NCBI GenBank assembly: GCA_034717975.1
Contig: JAYEMF010000011.1
Location: 28,471 to 58,700, forward strand
Source: Campylobacterota bacterium
Lineage (GTDB): Bacteria > Campylobacterota > Campylobacteria > Campylobacterales > Sulfurimonadaceae
Reading direction: 5' to 3'
DNA length: 30,230 bases
The position numbers and the translations under genes were made by a program. This document shows, in pieces, positions 1-11,095 of this stretch. A model generated the notes under the pieces. It worked only from the letters and a program-made list of their open reading frames with translations. It was not told the origin of the DNA and did no database searches. The first letter of the stretch is position 1; every line of letters begins with the position of its first letter.

Positions 1-990
1 AAATTTGAGGGAATGATCGACAAACTGGTTGCCGAGACGATCGACCACATCGAAACAGCGCTCAAAGATGCCGACCTTGGCAAAGGTGACATCAAAGAGG
101 TGATCATGGTCGGTGGTTCTATCCGTGTTCCACTGGTCCAGGAGCGTGTATCTGACGAGTTTGGCGGAAAAGAGCTGAACAAAGGGGTTAACCCGGATGA
201 AGTAGTTGCAGCCGGTGCAGCGATCCAGGGTGGTGTACTTCGTGGTGATGTCAAAGATGTCCTTCTTCTTGACGTTACTCCTCTTTCTCTTGGTATTGAG
301 ACACTTGGCGGTGTTGCGACTAAGATCATCGAAAAAGGTACGACTATCCCAGTCAAGAAATCACAGGTCTTCTCAACGGCTGAAGACAATCAGCCGGCAG
401 TTAGCATCTCTGTTGTTCAGGGTGAGCGTGAGTTCGCAAAAGACAACAAATCATTGGGTCTGTTTGAGTTGACAGGAATCCCATCTGCACCACGCGGTGT
501 GCCTCAGATCGAAGTTACTTTCGATATCGATGCGAATGGTATCTTGACGGTATCTGCACAGGACAAAGGAACCGGTAAGTCACAAGAGATCAAGATCACC
601 GGTTCATCTGGACTTAGCGAAGATGAGATCAACCAGATGGTTCAGGATGCTGAGAGTCATAAAGCAGAAGATGAAACACGTAAAGCGATGGTAGACCTTC
701 GCAACCAGGCGGATGCACTTGTCGCTCAGACTGAAAAGAGTCTGGAAGAGCTTGGTGACAAGATCGAAGCTGATGAAAAAGCGAAGATCGAAGCAGCTGC
801 AGCAGATCTTAAAGAGACACTCAAAGACGAGTCTGCAACTAAAGAGCAGATCGAAGAGAAAGTCAAAGCATTGACAGAAGCAAGCCACAAAATGGCTGAG
901 CAGATGTACAAGAAAGATGCGCCGGAAGGTGAAGCATCACAGGGTGCTAAGAAAGCCGATGACGACGTTATCGACGCTGAGATCGAATAG
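1..990 (+). CDS. dnaK: Molecular chaperone DnaK (Hsp70), 5'-truncated by window edge
   Basis: Hsp70 motifs [40 protein letters not shown] and [16 protein letters not shown]; acidic DDDVIDAE tail; frame open from base 1. Confidence 0.98.
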   Translation, partial: KFEGMIDKLVAETIDHIETALKDADLGKGDIKEVIMVGGSIRVPLVQERVSDEFGGKELNKGVNPDEVVAAGAAIQGGVLRGDVKDVLLLDVTPLSLGIETLGGVATKIIEKGTTIPVKKSQVFSTAEDNQPAVSISVVQGEREFAKDNKSLGLFELTGIPSAPRGVPQIEVTFDIDANGILTVSAQDKGTGKSQEIKITGSSGLSEDEINQMVQDAESHKAEDETRKAMVDLRNQADALVAQTEKSLEELGDKIEADEKAKIEAAAADLKETLKDESATKEQIEEKVKALTEASHKMAEQMYKKDAPEGEASQGAKKADDDVIDAEIE

Positions 991-1017
991 CAACAATTCT
1001 TTTACTCCTTTTATGAT

Positions 1018-1053
1018 AGACTTCTTTCAAAACTGAAAGAGGTCTTTCCCTTC
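1018..1053 (+). terminator. Probable intrinsic terminator after dnaK
   Basis: AGACTTCTTTCA-aaac-TGAAAGAGGTCT 12-bp stem (one G.U pair) followed by pyrimidines. Confidence 0.6.
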
Positions 1054-1626
1054 TTGAAACAGATACTTTCCATCTCCAATTTAGATTTCGGCTATTTACA
1101 GGATCATCTTTTATATAATGACTTTTCAATGACACTGGAACGTGGTCAGATCAAAGCAATTGTAGGGTCGAGCGGTGCAGGGAAGAGCACTCTTTTTGAA
1201 CTGATCTTGGGAAATTTGAAACCTTTAAAAGGTTCGATCAAGGTGCTGGGCGTCTCTCAGGTCTTCCAGGACCCTTACAGCTCTTTTCATCCCAGTTACA
1301 CTGTTATCAACCAGATCCGGGATGTCACCTCTACCGATGGTATGAATGTGTATCTTGAGACGATGGACCTCGACAGGGAGTTGCTGGACAAGCTCCCCCA
1401 TGAGCTCTCCGGAGGCCAGCTTCAGCGCTGCTCCATTTTACGGGCACTCCTGATGAAGCCCGATCTTCTGCTCCTGGATGAACCTACCTCTGCACTCGAT
1501 AATGTCATTCAGCTTGATGTGATGCAGATGCTGCTGACTCATCTAGACAAGATGGCCATGCTTCTAATCACCCATGAGATCGATCTGGCACGCTGGTGTG
1601 CCGATGAGATCATCGAGATCGGTTAA
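1054..1626 (+). CDS. ABC transporter ATP-binding protein (peptide/nickel-type), TTG start
   Basis: Walker A GSSGAGKST, VFQDP, signature LSGGQ, Walker B LLLLDEPT, H-loop ITH. Confidence 0.9.
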   Translation: MKQILSISNLDFGYLQDHLLYNDFSMTLERGQIKAIVGSSGAGKSTLFELILGNLKPLKGSIKVLGVSQVFQDPYSSFHPSYTVINQIRDVTSTDGMNVYLETMDLDRELLDKLPHELSGGQLQRCSILRALLMKPDLLLLDEPTSALDNVIQLDVMQMLLTHLDKMAMLLITHEIDLARWCADEIIEIG

Positions 1627-1647
1627 ACAGTGCTGATTATCTAAAAG

Positions 1648-2034
1648 CTATTTTAGAAGTGAAGAAGCTCCGTAATAACCTGCTGCTGCCATCAGGACTG
1701 TACCAAAGGCATTGAGACCCATATTGGCGAGCGCCAGCATGATATGTCCGCTGTTAAGCAGGAGAAAACTTTCAATAGCAAAAGTAGAATAAGTCGTAAG
1801 TGCGCCTAATATACCGGTGGAGAGAAAAGATTTCATATGGACGGAGAAAAGGGTAGTGTACATAAAGTAGGCGATAAGAACACCCATAATAAAACTGCCG
1901 ATAAGGTTGACACCCAATGTGCCAAAAGGAAGATCATGCGGAACTCTGTGAGAGATAAGTCCATTTAGGTAGGCACGTAAAACCGCACCAATAAACCCTC
2001 CAGCGCCGATCGCCAGTATAGTCTGCCAGCTCAT
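1648..2034 (-). CDS. crcB: Fluoride efflux channel CrcB/FluC
   Basis: GGFIGAVLR, PFGTLGVNLIGSF and TGILGALTTYSTF motifs; four hydrophobic segments. Confidence 0.95.
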   Translation of the reverse strand: MSWQTILAIGAGGFIGAVLRAYLNGLISHRVPHDLPFGTLGVNLIGSFIMGVLIAYFMYTTLFSVHMKSFLSTGILGALTTYSTFAIESFLLLNSGHIMLALANMGLNAFGTVLMAAAGYYGASSLLK

Positions 2035-2726
2035 GACCGGGTTGATACCCTTAATTCATCATCATATACTTTTTGCATCTTGACCCTAAGCTCAGTGAGC
2101 CACTCTTTATCACGTTTGTCCGCTTCAAAAGCATCCATATAGATGGCAGTAAGCTGACCGGGTCTGTAGTGGTATTTTTTTATATTGTAATAGGCTGCCG
2201 CTTCAATGATGACAATGGGCTGAACAAGGAGTCTGTACTTATCTGCAACCATCTTTGCACCGGGTTTGAAGGGTAGCATTCTACCGTTGGATGATCGGGT
2301 GCCTTCGGGAAACATGGTGATGACGCGTCCGTCATCCAGGCGGCTTTTGACATCTTTGATCAGTTTGATCAGAGAGGTTTTACTCTCACGCTCTACCGCA
2401 ATATCGTTTGGGAGTTTAAGCAGCAGTCCATAAAAGGGGACATCGAAGAGCTCTTTCTTGGCTACCCAGGCAAGGTTACGCTTGGTGATGGTCTCCAGGA
2501 TACCGATATCTATATCGCTTTGGTGATTGAGCAGAAACATCTGGGCATCCGGATTCTCCTCTCCTTTCACCCTGATCGGTATAAAAAGCAGCGTTCGTAT
2601 GATCCATGCAGAGATCTTCTGGGAACGGGGGCTGCGAAAAATCGGAAAGATAATGATCATAAGTGCCATACTGGCAAAGATCATGAATGTCGCGTAGGCC
2701 CAGCTAAGGCGTGCAAAGATCTTCAT
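2031..2726 (-). CDS. plsC: 1-acyl-sn-glycerol-3-phosphate acyltransferase
   Basis: NHQSDID (HX4D) and FPEGTRS motifs. Confidence 0.92.
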   Translation of the reverse strand: MKIFARLSWAYATFMIFASMALMIIIFPIFRSPRSQKISAWIIRTLLFIPIRVKGEENPDAQMFLLNHQSDIDIGILETITKRNLAWVAKKELFDVPFYGLLLKLPNDIAVERESKTSLIKLIKDVKSRLDDGRVITMFPEGTRSSNGRMLPFKPGAKMVADKYRLLVQPIVIIEAAAYYNIKKYHYRPGQLTAIYMDAFEADKRDKEWLTELRVKMQKVYDDELRVSTRS

Positions 2727-3792
2727 GTCTGACCCATCCTATTTTATTGTTTTGTAGTTTGACTTTGGTGTAGCCTTTGATCTCACCCTGGACTTCCAGG
2801 GAGTATTGGCCGGAAGCTTCCTCAAAGATGGTGCCATTTTCCATCGGCAGCAGGTAGATCGGACTTCCGGCATTGATACAGGCATAACGGATCGGGATCG
2901 CCGCATAAGCGATATAGACAAGCGGAAGGATGATCAGGATCGCATAGCCAAGTTTGCGGCGGATAATGAGCATCAGCAGTGCGGTCACTGCAACGGCACC
3001 TGCGACACCCATTTTTATGAGTTCATGGGTATGCTCTCTGGGCTTAAGATCGGTTTGGGTGGAGACGGTGTCACTATCGATGATGATTGGGATCATCACG
3101 GTTTTAAATTTTGCCAGTTTGGGATTAAAATAGGTAAAGGTCAGGTTTTCCAGTTTATTCGGAATGATCGCATAGTAGGTCATCGTTGATTCGTCATAGG
3201 ATGCTTTCATCGATTCAAATCCCTGCTTTTTGTAACCTGAAAGTGAAAAATCTTCGATATTACAGCGCATCGCGGTAGCACTGAAAACGGCTATGTTGTG
3301 TTTGCGGTCATAGCGGGTGGTTTTATAGTTGGTGAGGGTGAAACTGTCTGCAAGAATATTGGCGAAATCGATATCGGGATTGAGTTTCACACCATCTATC
3401 TTTTTGCCTCTCAAGGTACTGCTGTAGCTGCGGCCGGATGAGCTTAGAACAAGTTCGGCCATGATGTCAGGTGTACGGATCCACTGCGATGTAGCTTGAA
3501 AATAGAAAGTGGCATAGGAGTATGTCCCGCGTTTGCTTCGTTCCGGTATGTCGGAGAGAAGTTTGACACCACTTTTATTTGAAAAGTGATAAATGATATC
3601 TTCAGAACGACCTATAGTGGAGAGGGTCTTGATGGTAATGGTAAATATCTCATTTTTGAAAAGGCGTTTGGGGATCTTTTCGTAGTTTAGGTATAGGACC
3701 TTCTCAATAACTTCAGGCTCATCAGAGTACTCAAATGACTCCGCATAAAGGGAGGTGAGCAGAAGTGCAAATAAGAGTATGAGCCGCATCAC
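2704..3792 (-). CDS. Conserved exported membrane protein with C-terminal SH3-like domain
   Basis: Signal peptide, two hydrophobic segments near the C-terminus, YTKVKL..KIGWV SH3b-like end; overlaps purQ and plsC. Confidence 0.75.
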   Translation of the reverse strand: MMRLILLFALLLTSLYAESFEYSDEPEVIEKVLYLNYEKIPKRLFKNEIFTITIKTLSTIGRSEDIIYHFSNKSGVKLLSDIPERSKRGTYSYATFYFQATSQWIRTPDIMAELVLSSSGRSYSSTLRGKKIDGVKLNPDIDFANILADSFTLTNYKTTRYDRKHNIAVFSATAMRCNIEDFSLSGYKKQGFESMKASYDESTMTYYAIIPNKLENLTFTYFNPKLAKFKTVMIPIIIDSDTVSTQTDLKPREHTHELIKMGVAGAVAVTALLMLIIRRKLGYAILIILPLVYIAYAAIPIRYACINAGSPIYLLPMENGTIFEEASGQYSLEVQGEIKGYTKVKLQNNKIGWVRHEDLCTP

Positions 3793-4463
3793 GCGCTTAA
3801 AAACCCTTCTAGCATCTTACGCCCATCATCAGAACCGAGAATTGTATCCATTGCACGCTCCGGGTGTGGCATCAGACCAAAGACATTTTTCTCTTTGTTA
3901 CAGATACCGGCAATTGCATCAACTGATCCATTTGGGTTGCTGGTATCGCCATTGGCATCACAGTAGTGCAGAAGAACCTGATCATTCTCATAGAGCTCTT
4001 TGAGGCCGTCGGGATCGATATAGAAGTTGCCGTCATGATGCGCGATCGGGATATTAACCACTTCGCTTTTTTCACATTTTTTCAAAAAGGTATTGTCGGT
4101 ATTGGCGACTCTTAGGTGGTGATGCTTCGAGATAAAGTGAAGGGAGTCATTGCGTTTCAGTGCACCCGGCAGCATATGGGACTCGGTCAGTACCTGAAAA
4201 CCGTTACAGATTCCCAGTACTTTACCCCCATTGTCAGCATACGCTTTTACTGCTTCCATAACTGGGCTAAAACGGGCGATAGCACCGCTTCTGAGGTAAT
4301 CACCGTAGCTGAAGCCACCGGCTACAACGAGTAGATCTGTATCTTCTGGCAGCACAGTCTCTTTGTGCCAGATGATCTTCGTATTACATCCGAGCTCTTT
4401 AAAGGCGTACTCTGTGTCGTATTCGCAGTTGGTACCCGGGAATTGGACAATGGTCACGTTCAT
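3789..4463 (-). CDS. purQ: FGAM synthase glutaminase subunit PurQ
   Basis: [27 protein letters not shown] and MPHPER motifs. Confidence 0.98.
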   Translation of the reverse strand: MNVTIVQFPGTNCEYDTEYAFKELGCNTKIIWHKETVLPEDTDLLVVAGGFSYGDYLRSGAIARFSPVMEAVKAYADNGGKVLGICNGFQVLTESHMLPGALKRNDSLHFISKHHHLRVANTDNTFLKKCEKSEVVNIPIAHHDGNFYIDPDGLKELYENDQVLLHYCDANGDTSNPNGSVDAIAGICNKEKNVFGLMPHPERAMDTILGSDDGRKMLEGFLSA

Positions 4464-4702
4464 GAGATGATCTCGATTTCATAATCTTCGATGACGGTAT
4501 TGGCAAGCAGTGATTCACACATCTCTGTCACCTCCTCTTTCGCAGCAGCCTCATCCGCACTACTCAATTTCAATATGATCTGTTTGCCGACACGGACATC
4601 CTCAACACCCTCAAATTTCAGTGCATCAAGTGCATGATGAACGGCTTTGCCCTGAGAGTCAAGGACTCCGGCTTTTAGTGAAATATTTACGATTGCTTTC
4701 AT
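4460..4702 (-). CDS. purS: FGAM synthase subunit PurS
   Basis: GVLDSQGKAV, VRVGK and LLANTVIEDY motifs; 80 aa; directly upstream of purQ. Confidence 0.97.
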   Translation of the reverse strand: MKAIVNISLKAGVLDSQGKAVHHALDALKFEGVEDVRVGKQIILKLSSADEAAAKEEVTEMCESLLANTVIEDYEIEIIS

Positions 4703-4757
4703 ATACTTCCTTCAATAGTTACTCCTGAGAACAGGAGATATCTTTTTATCAATTTTG

Positions 4758-4775
4758 TTTAGAGGTGCCCTTTAT
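4758..4775. repeat. 18-bp intergenic direct repeat, copy 1 (TTTAGAGGTGCCCTTTAT)
   Basis: Identical to 6908-6925. Confidence 0.9.
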
Positions 4776-4776
4776 T

Positions 4777-4799
4777 AAAAAGGTGAAACTCTTCACCTT
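4777..4799 (-). terminator. Hairpin plus short U-tract after purC
   Basis: Minus strand AAGGTGAA-gagt-TTCACCTT followed by TTT. Confidence 0.5.
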
Positions 4800-4808
4800 A
4801 TTAACAAT

Positions 4809-5519
4809 CTATCCTAGAATTCTTTCAAGTACCTGCTCGTAAGCGACTTTGAGTCCGCCAAGACCCTGACGGAAACGGTCTTTGTCCATCTTTTCACCCG
4901 TTTCCATATCCCAGAAACGGCAGTTGTCCGGGCTGATCTCATCAACGAGGATGATATTGCCATCTCTGTCTTTACCAAACTCAAGTTTGAAATCGACAAG
5001 GTTGAGGCCCTTCTCCGCAAAGAACGGGCGGAGAATATCGTTGATCTCACGGGCACGTTTGCGCAGTTCATCCAGCTCATCGGTATTGTCGACAAGTTCA
5101 AGGATCAGACAGTGCTGGTCATTGAGTTTCGGATCGCCAAGATCATCGTTTTTGTAATCAAATTCGACGAGGGTAAACGGAAGGACTTTTCCATCTTCGA
5201 TACCGAGTGTTCTGCTCAGACTTCCTGTTGCGATGTTGCGGACGATCACTTCGATCATGATAACATCCGCTTTTTTATGGATCATGTGGTTGTCATCCAT
5301 CATCTCAACGAAATGGGTTGGGACACCTTTACTCTCAAGTAGTTTGAAGAGCTCGGTAGAGATCTTGTTGTTAAGAGCACCTTTGCCCGCTTCACTTGAT
5401 TTTTTCTCGCCGTTAAAGGCTGTCAGGTCATCTTTGAACTCAGAGATGACGAGGTTTTCATCATCGGTGAGAAATAGTTTTTTAGCTTTGCCTTCGTAGA
5501 GCAGTTCGCGTTTTTCCAT
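4809..5519 (-). CDS. purC: SAICAR synthase PurC
   Basis: [39 protein letters not shown] and DKDRFR motifs. Confidence 0.98.
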   Translation of the reverse strand: MEKRELLYEGKAKKLFLTDDENLVISEFKDDLTAFNGEKKSSEAGKGALNNKISTELFKLLESKGVPTHFVEMMDDNHMIHKKADVIMIEVIVRNIATGSLSRTLGIEDGKVLPFTLVEFDYKNDDLGDPKLNDQHCLILELVDNTDELDELRKRAREINDILRPFFAEKGLNLVDFKLEFGKDRDGNIILVDEISPDNCRFWDMETGEKMDKDRFRQGLGGLKVAYEQVLERILG

Positions 5520-5521
5520 AA

Positions 5522-6847
5522 TTAGTCTCCTTTGACTATGATTAGTGCTTTTAGAATGCTGACAGCATCATGAAGCAGGTTGTCTTTACTGAGTTGTTCA
5601 GCGGTAATAACTGTTTTATCTTTTTTCTTCGCCTCTACGCTCTTGTTGTCGTCATGACCGTTACCATTACCGTTGGCCTTCTCCAGTTCACCTTCAAGAT
5701 GTTTTTTGAGATCTGCCTCTTTGAGGGAGAAGCTTTCTGCACGGCTTGTACATTCAGCCGGACGCACAATAATATCTGGTGTGACTCCAACTGCCTGGAT
5801 AGTGCGGCCGCTTGGAAGATAGTAGCGGGCGATAGTGAGCTTGATCGCTTCATCTTCACTGATAGGCAAAATGACCTGGACACTTCCTTTACCGAAGGTC
5901 TTCTCACCTACGACAACAGCACGTTTATGATCTTGCAGGGCACCACTGACGATCTCTGAAGCACTCGCACTTCCGCCATTGACAAGAACGACCATCGGTA
6001 TGTCCGTCATGGTAGTCGATGCTGAAGCAGTGTAGGTTTTATTTTCAGACTCATCCCGCCCTTTTTGTGAAACGATATCACCTTTGTTGACAAAGAGGTC
6101 TACCAGGCCAACCGACTGGTCGAGCAGTCCGCCGGGGTTGTTACGCAGATCAAGTATGATCCCTTTTTCACGGCCAAGATTTTTTTTCAACTCGCGTTTG
6201 ACATCATCAACGACCTTTTGGTCAAAATTGGTGACACGCAGATAGAGAATATCGTCACCCACCTGTTTGGCGTAAACAGACTGGATCTTGATGATATCAC
6301 GGATGATCTTGATCGGCAGAGGCTCAGGTTCACCTTTACGAACGATTGTCAGGGTAATCGGTGTTTTCGGTTTCCCCCGCATAAGGCCTACCGCATCATC
6401 AATAGTCATCTCAAGGGTAGATTGATCATCGATCTTCAAGATGATATCACCTGCTTTGATGCCTGCCTTATCGGCTGGTGTTCCCTCGATCGGTGCAATA
6501 ACGGTGAGTGCACTGTCTTTCATTCCGACGGTGATACCTAGTCCGCCAAACTCCCCGCTTGTCTGGACCTTCATGTTCTCAAAACTTTTTACGTTCAGGT
6601 AGGAAGAGTGGGCATCAAGATTGCTCATCATCCCCTGCATCGCTTTGTCCATCAGCTCTTCGATGGTCAGCTCATCGACATTATAGCGCTCGACGATCCC
6701 CAGGACTTTAGTGAACTTGGCCAGTGACTGAAGACGGGAAGCTTCAACCGTCGGTTTATCCTTGGCGAAGAGCGTAGGTGTAAAGACGAGACCGGCTGCT
6801 GCAATGGTCGAGAGGAATCCCATTGCTATAAATTTTCTATGTTTCAT
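5522..6847 (-). CDS. ctpA: S41 family C-terminal processing protease (PDZ + S41)
   Basis: [11 protein letters not shown] start, [15 protein letters not shown] (catalytic Ser), TFGKGSVQ (catalytic Lys). Confidence 0.95.
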   Translation of the reverse strand: MKHRKFIAMGFLSTIAAAGLVFTPTLFAKDKPTVEASRLQSLAKFTKVLGIVERYNVDELTIEELMDKAMQGMMSNLDAHSSYLNVKSFENMKVQTSGEFGGLGITVGMKDSALTVIAPIEGTPADKAGIKAGDIILKIDDQSTLEMTIDDAVGLMRGKPKTPITLTIVRKGEPEPLPIKIIRDIIKIQSVYAKQVGDDILYLRVTNFDQKVVDDVKRELKKNLGREKGIILDLRNNPGGLLDQSVGLVDLFVNKGDIVSQKGRDESENKTYTASASTTMTDIPMVVLVNGGSASASEIVSGALQDHKRAVVVGEKTFGKGSVQVILPISEDEAIKLTIARYYLPSGRTIQAVGVTPDIIVRPAECTSRAESFSLKEADLKKHLEGELEKANGNGNGHDDNKSVEAKKKDKTVITAEQLSKDNLLHDAVSILKALIIVKGD

Positions 6848-6878
6848 GTTCTGCCTATTACTTATTTAAAAGGCAGAT

Positions 6879-6884
6879 ATTATA
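6879..6884 (-). promoter_or_regulatory. sigma70 -10 box for the ctpA-pur cluster
   Basis: TATAAT on the minus strand about 30 nt upstream of the ctpA ATG, with AT-rich upstream sequence. Confidence 0.55.
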
Positions 6885-6907
6885 GTTAAAAGAGGTTTAA
6901 AAAAAGA

Positions 6908-6925
6908 TTTAGAGGTGCCCTTTAT
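6908..6925. repeat. 18-bp intergenic direct repeat, copy 2 (TTTAGAGGTGCCCTTTAT)
   Basis: Identical to 4758-4775. Confidence 0.9.
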
Positions 6926-6947
6926 GAAGATGATGGAAGCACTTCGG

Positions 6948-8327
6948 TTAAAGAAGTGATTTTCCATTGACAAGCAGTTGGTCGTCTTTATAGGTAATGT
7001 CGAAGCGGATGTTGTCACCGTCCTCTTTGGCAAATCCGGATGCAAGTACCGTTTGCGGAACCTCGTTTGCGATGTGGGTGTAGAGCGCTTTTGAGAAACT
7101 GAGGCTGGCATCCACGTCAATATTTTCCAGCAGTGCCATCGGATGTTCACGGGATTTCCGGCGAAATGCAGAGTCCGGTCTGACAGTGATTGCTGCACGG
7201 TGTTCAAAGCCCTTCATGGATGGATCACTGTTTAGAGTGATCTGATCGACAGAAAATTCTCTCATATTGAAAAAGAGTCCTTTTGAGACGAGATCACCCA
7301 TGGTATTCATAACTGCCTGAGATGCTTCGACAGAGCTGTCGCTGTTTGCTCGGTTTAGAGCCGTATGCACTGCTTCAAAAGCTTCTCTGTCGAGATTGTC
7401 GACCGTTACGTCAGCTTTGATACTATCCAGTTTCAGAGCAAATTCCGGTGCATTGACCGTGAGGGTGCCAATGGTGCCAAGGCTATTGCCTGCGATCTTA
7501 TTGTCTTTGGCACTGGAGTCACCGTCTATTGCAAGATTTTTAAGTGTTATATCTCCCTTGTTACTTGCATTGCTAAAGTTAAGATGCATACGTTTACAAC
7601 GCATGGATGAACGGTACTCCACAAGTGAGTTGAAGGTGTTGTCCAGGGTGATCTGGTCAAAAGCGATCGAGATCAGCTCACTGCTCTCCTGAAAAGTAGC
7701 CGAAAGCTTTTTGATCGTGCCGTTGATGGCATTGGGTGCGATGAGTGGTCCGGCACCTTTGAAGTGTGCCGAGGCAAGTGTAACTGTTGCTGCGCTTCCA
7801 TCTTTAAAGTCAACAGGTGCCTTGTTGATATCCCGGATCGAGCCATGAAAGGTTTCGGTGCTGACACTGTAGTTGATCTGATAGTAGAGGGTTTTATTGA
7901 GAAGCAGTTTTTCAAGACTGGCATAGAGTACGGGGTCATCTTTTTTAAAGAGGTTCTCCATTTCAGGGGAGAGGGAAGTGGGATAGATACCGACTTCGAT
8001 ATCACTGAAAATAGGAATATTGCTGTAGGTGAGGTCAACACCGATTTTAGTACCGTCGAGTATGCCCTTAAGATAGGTCGGAATCTGCTGCTGGTTATGT
8101 TTGCTGATGTAGGTGAGGAGTTTATCGCCATCTTCAAGGATCAGTTCATAATGGCTGGTTGTACTCAGGTAACCACTGCTGACCTCCTCATTTTCAACAC
8201 CGACTCCGTTAGCTTGCATCATCGCTGTATGTTCACTTATCACTGTTTTAATGGCACTGTTGCCGATCAGCGGCAGTGCTGCAGCAACAAGTACTAAAAC
8301 CAGGAGTGCAATCACCAATTTTTTCAT
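6948..8327 (-). CDS. YdgA/DUF945-family protein
   Basis: MKK plus N-terminal hydrophobic anchor, GYLSTTS early motif, C-terminal YKDDQLLVNGK resembling YdgA-family ends. Confidence 0.7.
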   Translation of the reverse strand: MKKLVIALLVLVLVAAALPLIGNSAIKTVISEHTAMMQANGVGVENEEVSSGYLSTTSHYELILEDGDKLLTYISKHNQQQIPTYLKGILDGTKIGVDLTYSNIPIFSDIEVGIYPTSLSPEMENLFKKDDPVLYASLEKLLLNKTLYYQINYSVSTETFHGSIRDINKAPVDFKDGSAATVTLASAHFKGAGPLIAPNAINGTIKKLSATFQESSELISIAFDQITLDNTFNSLVEYRSSMRCKRMHLNFSNASNKGDITLKNLAIDGDSSAKDNKIAGNSLGTIGTLTVNAPEFALKLDSIKADVTVDNLDREAFEAVHTALNRANSDSSVEASQAVMNTMGDLVSKGLFFNMREFSVDQITLNSDPSMKGFEHRAAITVRPDSAFRRKSREHPMALLENIDVDASLSFSKALYTHIANEVPQTVLASGFAKEDGDNIRFDITYKDDQLLVNGKSLL

Positions 8328-8432
8328 CTTTTTCCCTTGGGTGGAAGTATTTATGAGAGGATACCTCTCAAACTGGCAAAATTATAACAAAATTAGATGA
8401 ATAGTGTTGGATTTATTTCTTTTTTTCAGATA

Positions 8433-8477
8433 GTTGACACAGATAGACTCAATTAGATATAATATAACCAACTCAAG
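8433..8477 (+). promoter_or_regulatory. clpB promoter overlapped by a HAIR-like (HspR) operator
   Basis: TTGACA (8434-8439)-N18-TATAAT (8458-8463); GTTGACA-N7-ACTCAAT (8433-8453) resembles HAIR CTTGAGT-N7-ACTCAAG; a further perfect half-site ACTCAAG at 8471-8477. Confidence 0.75.
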
Positions 8478-8494
8478 TATAAGGAATCTAAACC

Positions 8495-11071
8495 ATGAAT
8501 AATATTTTTGAAAAACTGACCCATCAGATGACCGAAGCCATTGAGTCGGCACTCTCATTAGCGCTTCACAATAAAAACAGTGAAGTAGAACCTATCCATT
8601 TTTTATGGGCACTCTTAACCAATAGTAATTCACTTCTCAATCAGATCTTCAACAAAATGAGTATAGACAAGACAGCCATTGAGCTTGATGTTAAAAGTGC
8701 TGCCGATAAACTGCCAAAATCATCATCTGTCTCAAAAGAAAACCTGAAACTCTCCCGCAACTTTGTGCAGTCACTTGAACAGGGTGTAGGCGAGATGACT
8801 AAAAACGGCGACAGCTTTTTAGCTGTCGACAGTTACATCGTCGCCAATCTTGGCAGTGAGCCTTTTAAGACGATTATTGGAAAATATATTGATCTGATGG
8901 AGCTGAGAAAAACGATTGAAGCTTCACGTGGCGGACAGAAGATCGAATCGCAGACAGCCGATGAGACACTTGAAAGCCTGGAAAAGTATGGCATTGACTT
9001 GACGCACGAAGCGGCAGAAGGAAAGCTCTCACCTGTTATTGGACGGGATGAAGAGATCAGCCGTATGATGCAGATTCTGATCCGTAAAACAAAAAACAAT
9101 CCTATTCTTCTTGGAGAGCCCGGGGTTGGTAAAACGGCGGTTGTTGAAGGTCTGGCACAGCGTATTTACAACAAAGAAGTACCGCTCAGCCTGCAAAATA
9201 AGCGGGTCGTGACACTCGATATGAGTGCCCTGATCGCCGGGGCAAAATACCGTGGTGAGTTCGAAGACCGTCTCAAAGCGGTGATCGATGAGGTGAAGCA
9301 GAGCGGGAATATCATTCTTTTTATCGATGAGATCCATACGATCGTCGGAGCAGGGGCAAGTGAAGGCAGTATGGATGCGGCGAATATCCTTAAACCGGCA
9401 CTGGCACGCGGAGAGCTGCACACCATCGGTGCAACAACACTAAAAGAGTATAGAAAATATTTTGAGAAAGATACGGCACTGCAGCGCCGTTTTCAACCGA
9501 TCAACCTGGATGAGCCGACTGTCAATCAGTCACTTCAGATCTTACGTGGGATCAAAGAGCGTCTCGAAGCGCATCACAATGTCACCATCACCGATTCGGC
9601 GCTGATTGCATCTGCCAGACTCTCCGAGCGTTACATTGCCGACCGTTTCCTGCCGGACAAAGCGATCGACCTGATCGATGAAGCAGCTGCCGAACTGAGA
9701 ATGCAGATCGAGTCTGAGCCACATCTCTTAGCCGCTGTCAAGCGCAAAGTACAGGAACTCCAGGTTGAACGCGAGGCCCTTAAGATGGATGAACGTGCTT
9801 CGAATGACAAGCGTCTTGATGAGATCGCTAAAGAGCTTGCGGATGCTGAAGAGGAACAGCGTTCACTTGAAACACAGTTTACCCATGAGAAAGAGGTGTT
9901 TGAACGTATCGCATCGATCAAAGGGGATATTGAAGCCGCACGCCGTGAAGCGGAGCTGGCAAAAAACAGCGGTGATTATGAGAAAGCCGCTGCTATTGAA
10001 TATGGCGATATCCCTAAACTTCATGATGAAGAGAGTGCTTTGCAAGAGCAGTGGAAAGCAATGCAGGCAGCCGGAACCCTTCTGAAAAACAGTGTCGATG
10101 AGGATGCCATCGCGAGCATTGTAAGCCGATGGACGCAGATCCCGGTGACCAAGATGCTTGAGAGTGAAAAAGAGAAGATCCTGCATGTCGAGGATGAGCT
10201 CAACCGCGATGTTATCGGACAGGAGAAGGCAACCCATGCCGTATCGCGTGCGATCAAGCGGAATAAAGCGGGACTTTCCGATAAAGACCGTCCCATAGGT
10301 TCATTTATGTTCCTGGGGCCGACGGGGGTCGGTAAAACCCAAACGGCTAAAACATTGGCCAACTTCCTCTTCGACTCGGAAGAGGCGCTGATCCGCCTCG
10401 ATATGAGTGAATACATGGAAAAACATGCAGTCTCCCGTCTGGTCGGGGCACCTCCGGGGTATGTCGGCTATGATGAAGGCGGTCAGCTTACCGAAGCGGT
10501 GCGTCGCAAGCCATACAGTGTCGTCCTTTTCGATGAGGTGGAGAAAGCGCATCCGGATGTTTTCAATATGCTGCTTCAGGTCCTTGATGATGGACGCCTG
10601 ACCGATAACAAAGGGGTGACGATCGACTTTACCAATGTGATCATCATTCTGACCTCAAATATCGCGTCTGACAAGATTATGAGCATGCAGGGTGATCCGG
10701 AACTCGAAAGTGTGGTATTGGGCGAACTCAAAAGCCGTTTCAAACCGGAATTTCTGAACCGTCTGGATGATATTGTTCAGTTCAATCCACTTGGTGAGAG
10801 TGAGATCATAGGCATTGTTGATCTCTTCTTTCAGGAGATCGTGGCCAAAGTGGAAGAGCGCACTATTACCCTTACGCTAAGTGATAAAGCTAAGCGGCTG
10901 ATCGCTGAAGCAGGATTTGACCCGGTTTATGGAGCCAGACCGTTGAAACGGGCTCTTTATGAGATCGTTGAAGACCGTTTGGCTGACCTGATCCTCAGTG
11001 GTGAAGTTGATGAAGGCTCTCAAGTCGATTTTGATGCCATAGAGAATGAGATTACCGTTAATGTTCATTAA
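8495..11071 (+). CDS. clpB: Chaperone/disaggregase ClpB
   Basis: Two AAA+ modules ([16 protein letters not shown]), long coiled-coil middle domain, [15 protein letters not shown]; 858 aa. Confidence 0.97.
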   Translation: MNNIFEKLTHQMTEAIESALSLALHNKNSEVEPIHFLWALLTNSNSLLNQIFNKMSIDKTAIELDVKSAADKLPKSSSVSKENLKLSRNFVQSLEQGVGEMTKNGDSFLAVDSYIVANLGSEPFKTIIGKYIDLMELRKTIEASRGGQKIESQTADETLESLEKYGIDLTHEAAEGKLSPVIGRDEEISRMMQILIRKTKNNPILLGEPGVGKTAVVEGLAQRIYNKEVPLSLQNKRVVTLDMSALIAGAKYRGEFEDRLKAVIDEVKQSGNIILFIDEIHTIVGAGASEGSMDAANILKPALARGELHTIGATTLKEYRKYFEKDTALQRRFQPINLDEPTVNQSLQILRGIKERLEAHHNVTITDSALIASARLSERYIADRFLPDKAIDLIDEAAAELRMQIESEPHLLAAVKRKVQELQVEREALKMDERASNDKRLDEIAKELADAEEEQRSLETQFTHEKEVFERIASIKGDIEAARREAELAKNSGDYEKAAAIEYGDIPKLHDEESALQEQWKAMQAAGTLLKNSVDEDAIASIVSRWTQIPVTKMLESEKEKILHVEDELNRDVIGQEKATHAVSRAIKRNKAGLSDKDRPIGSFMFLGPTGVGKTQTAKTLANFLFDSEEALIRLDMSEYMEKHAVSRLVGAPPGYVGYDEGGQLTEAVRRKPYSVVLFDEVEKAHPDVFNMLLQVLDDGRLTDNKGVTIDFTNVIIILTSNIASDKIMSMQGDPELESVVLGELKSRFKPEFLNRLDDIVQFNPLGESEIIGIVDLFFQEIVAKVEERTITLTLSDKAKRLIAEAGFDPVYGARPLKRALYEIVEDRLADLILSGEVDEGSQVDFDAIENEITVNVH

Positions 11072-11095
11072 TTAAATGATGGGTAGAATTGCATC

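Noticed and set aside
1648..2100. Fluoride riboswitch upstream of crcB
   Set aside because: crcB overlaps the plsC stop codon, leaving no leader, and I saw no riboswitch consensus
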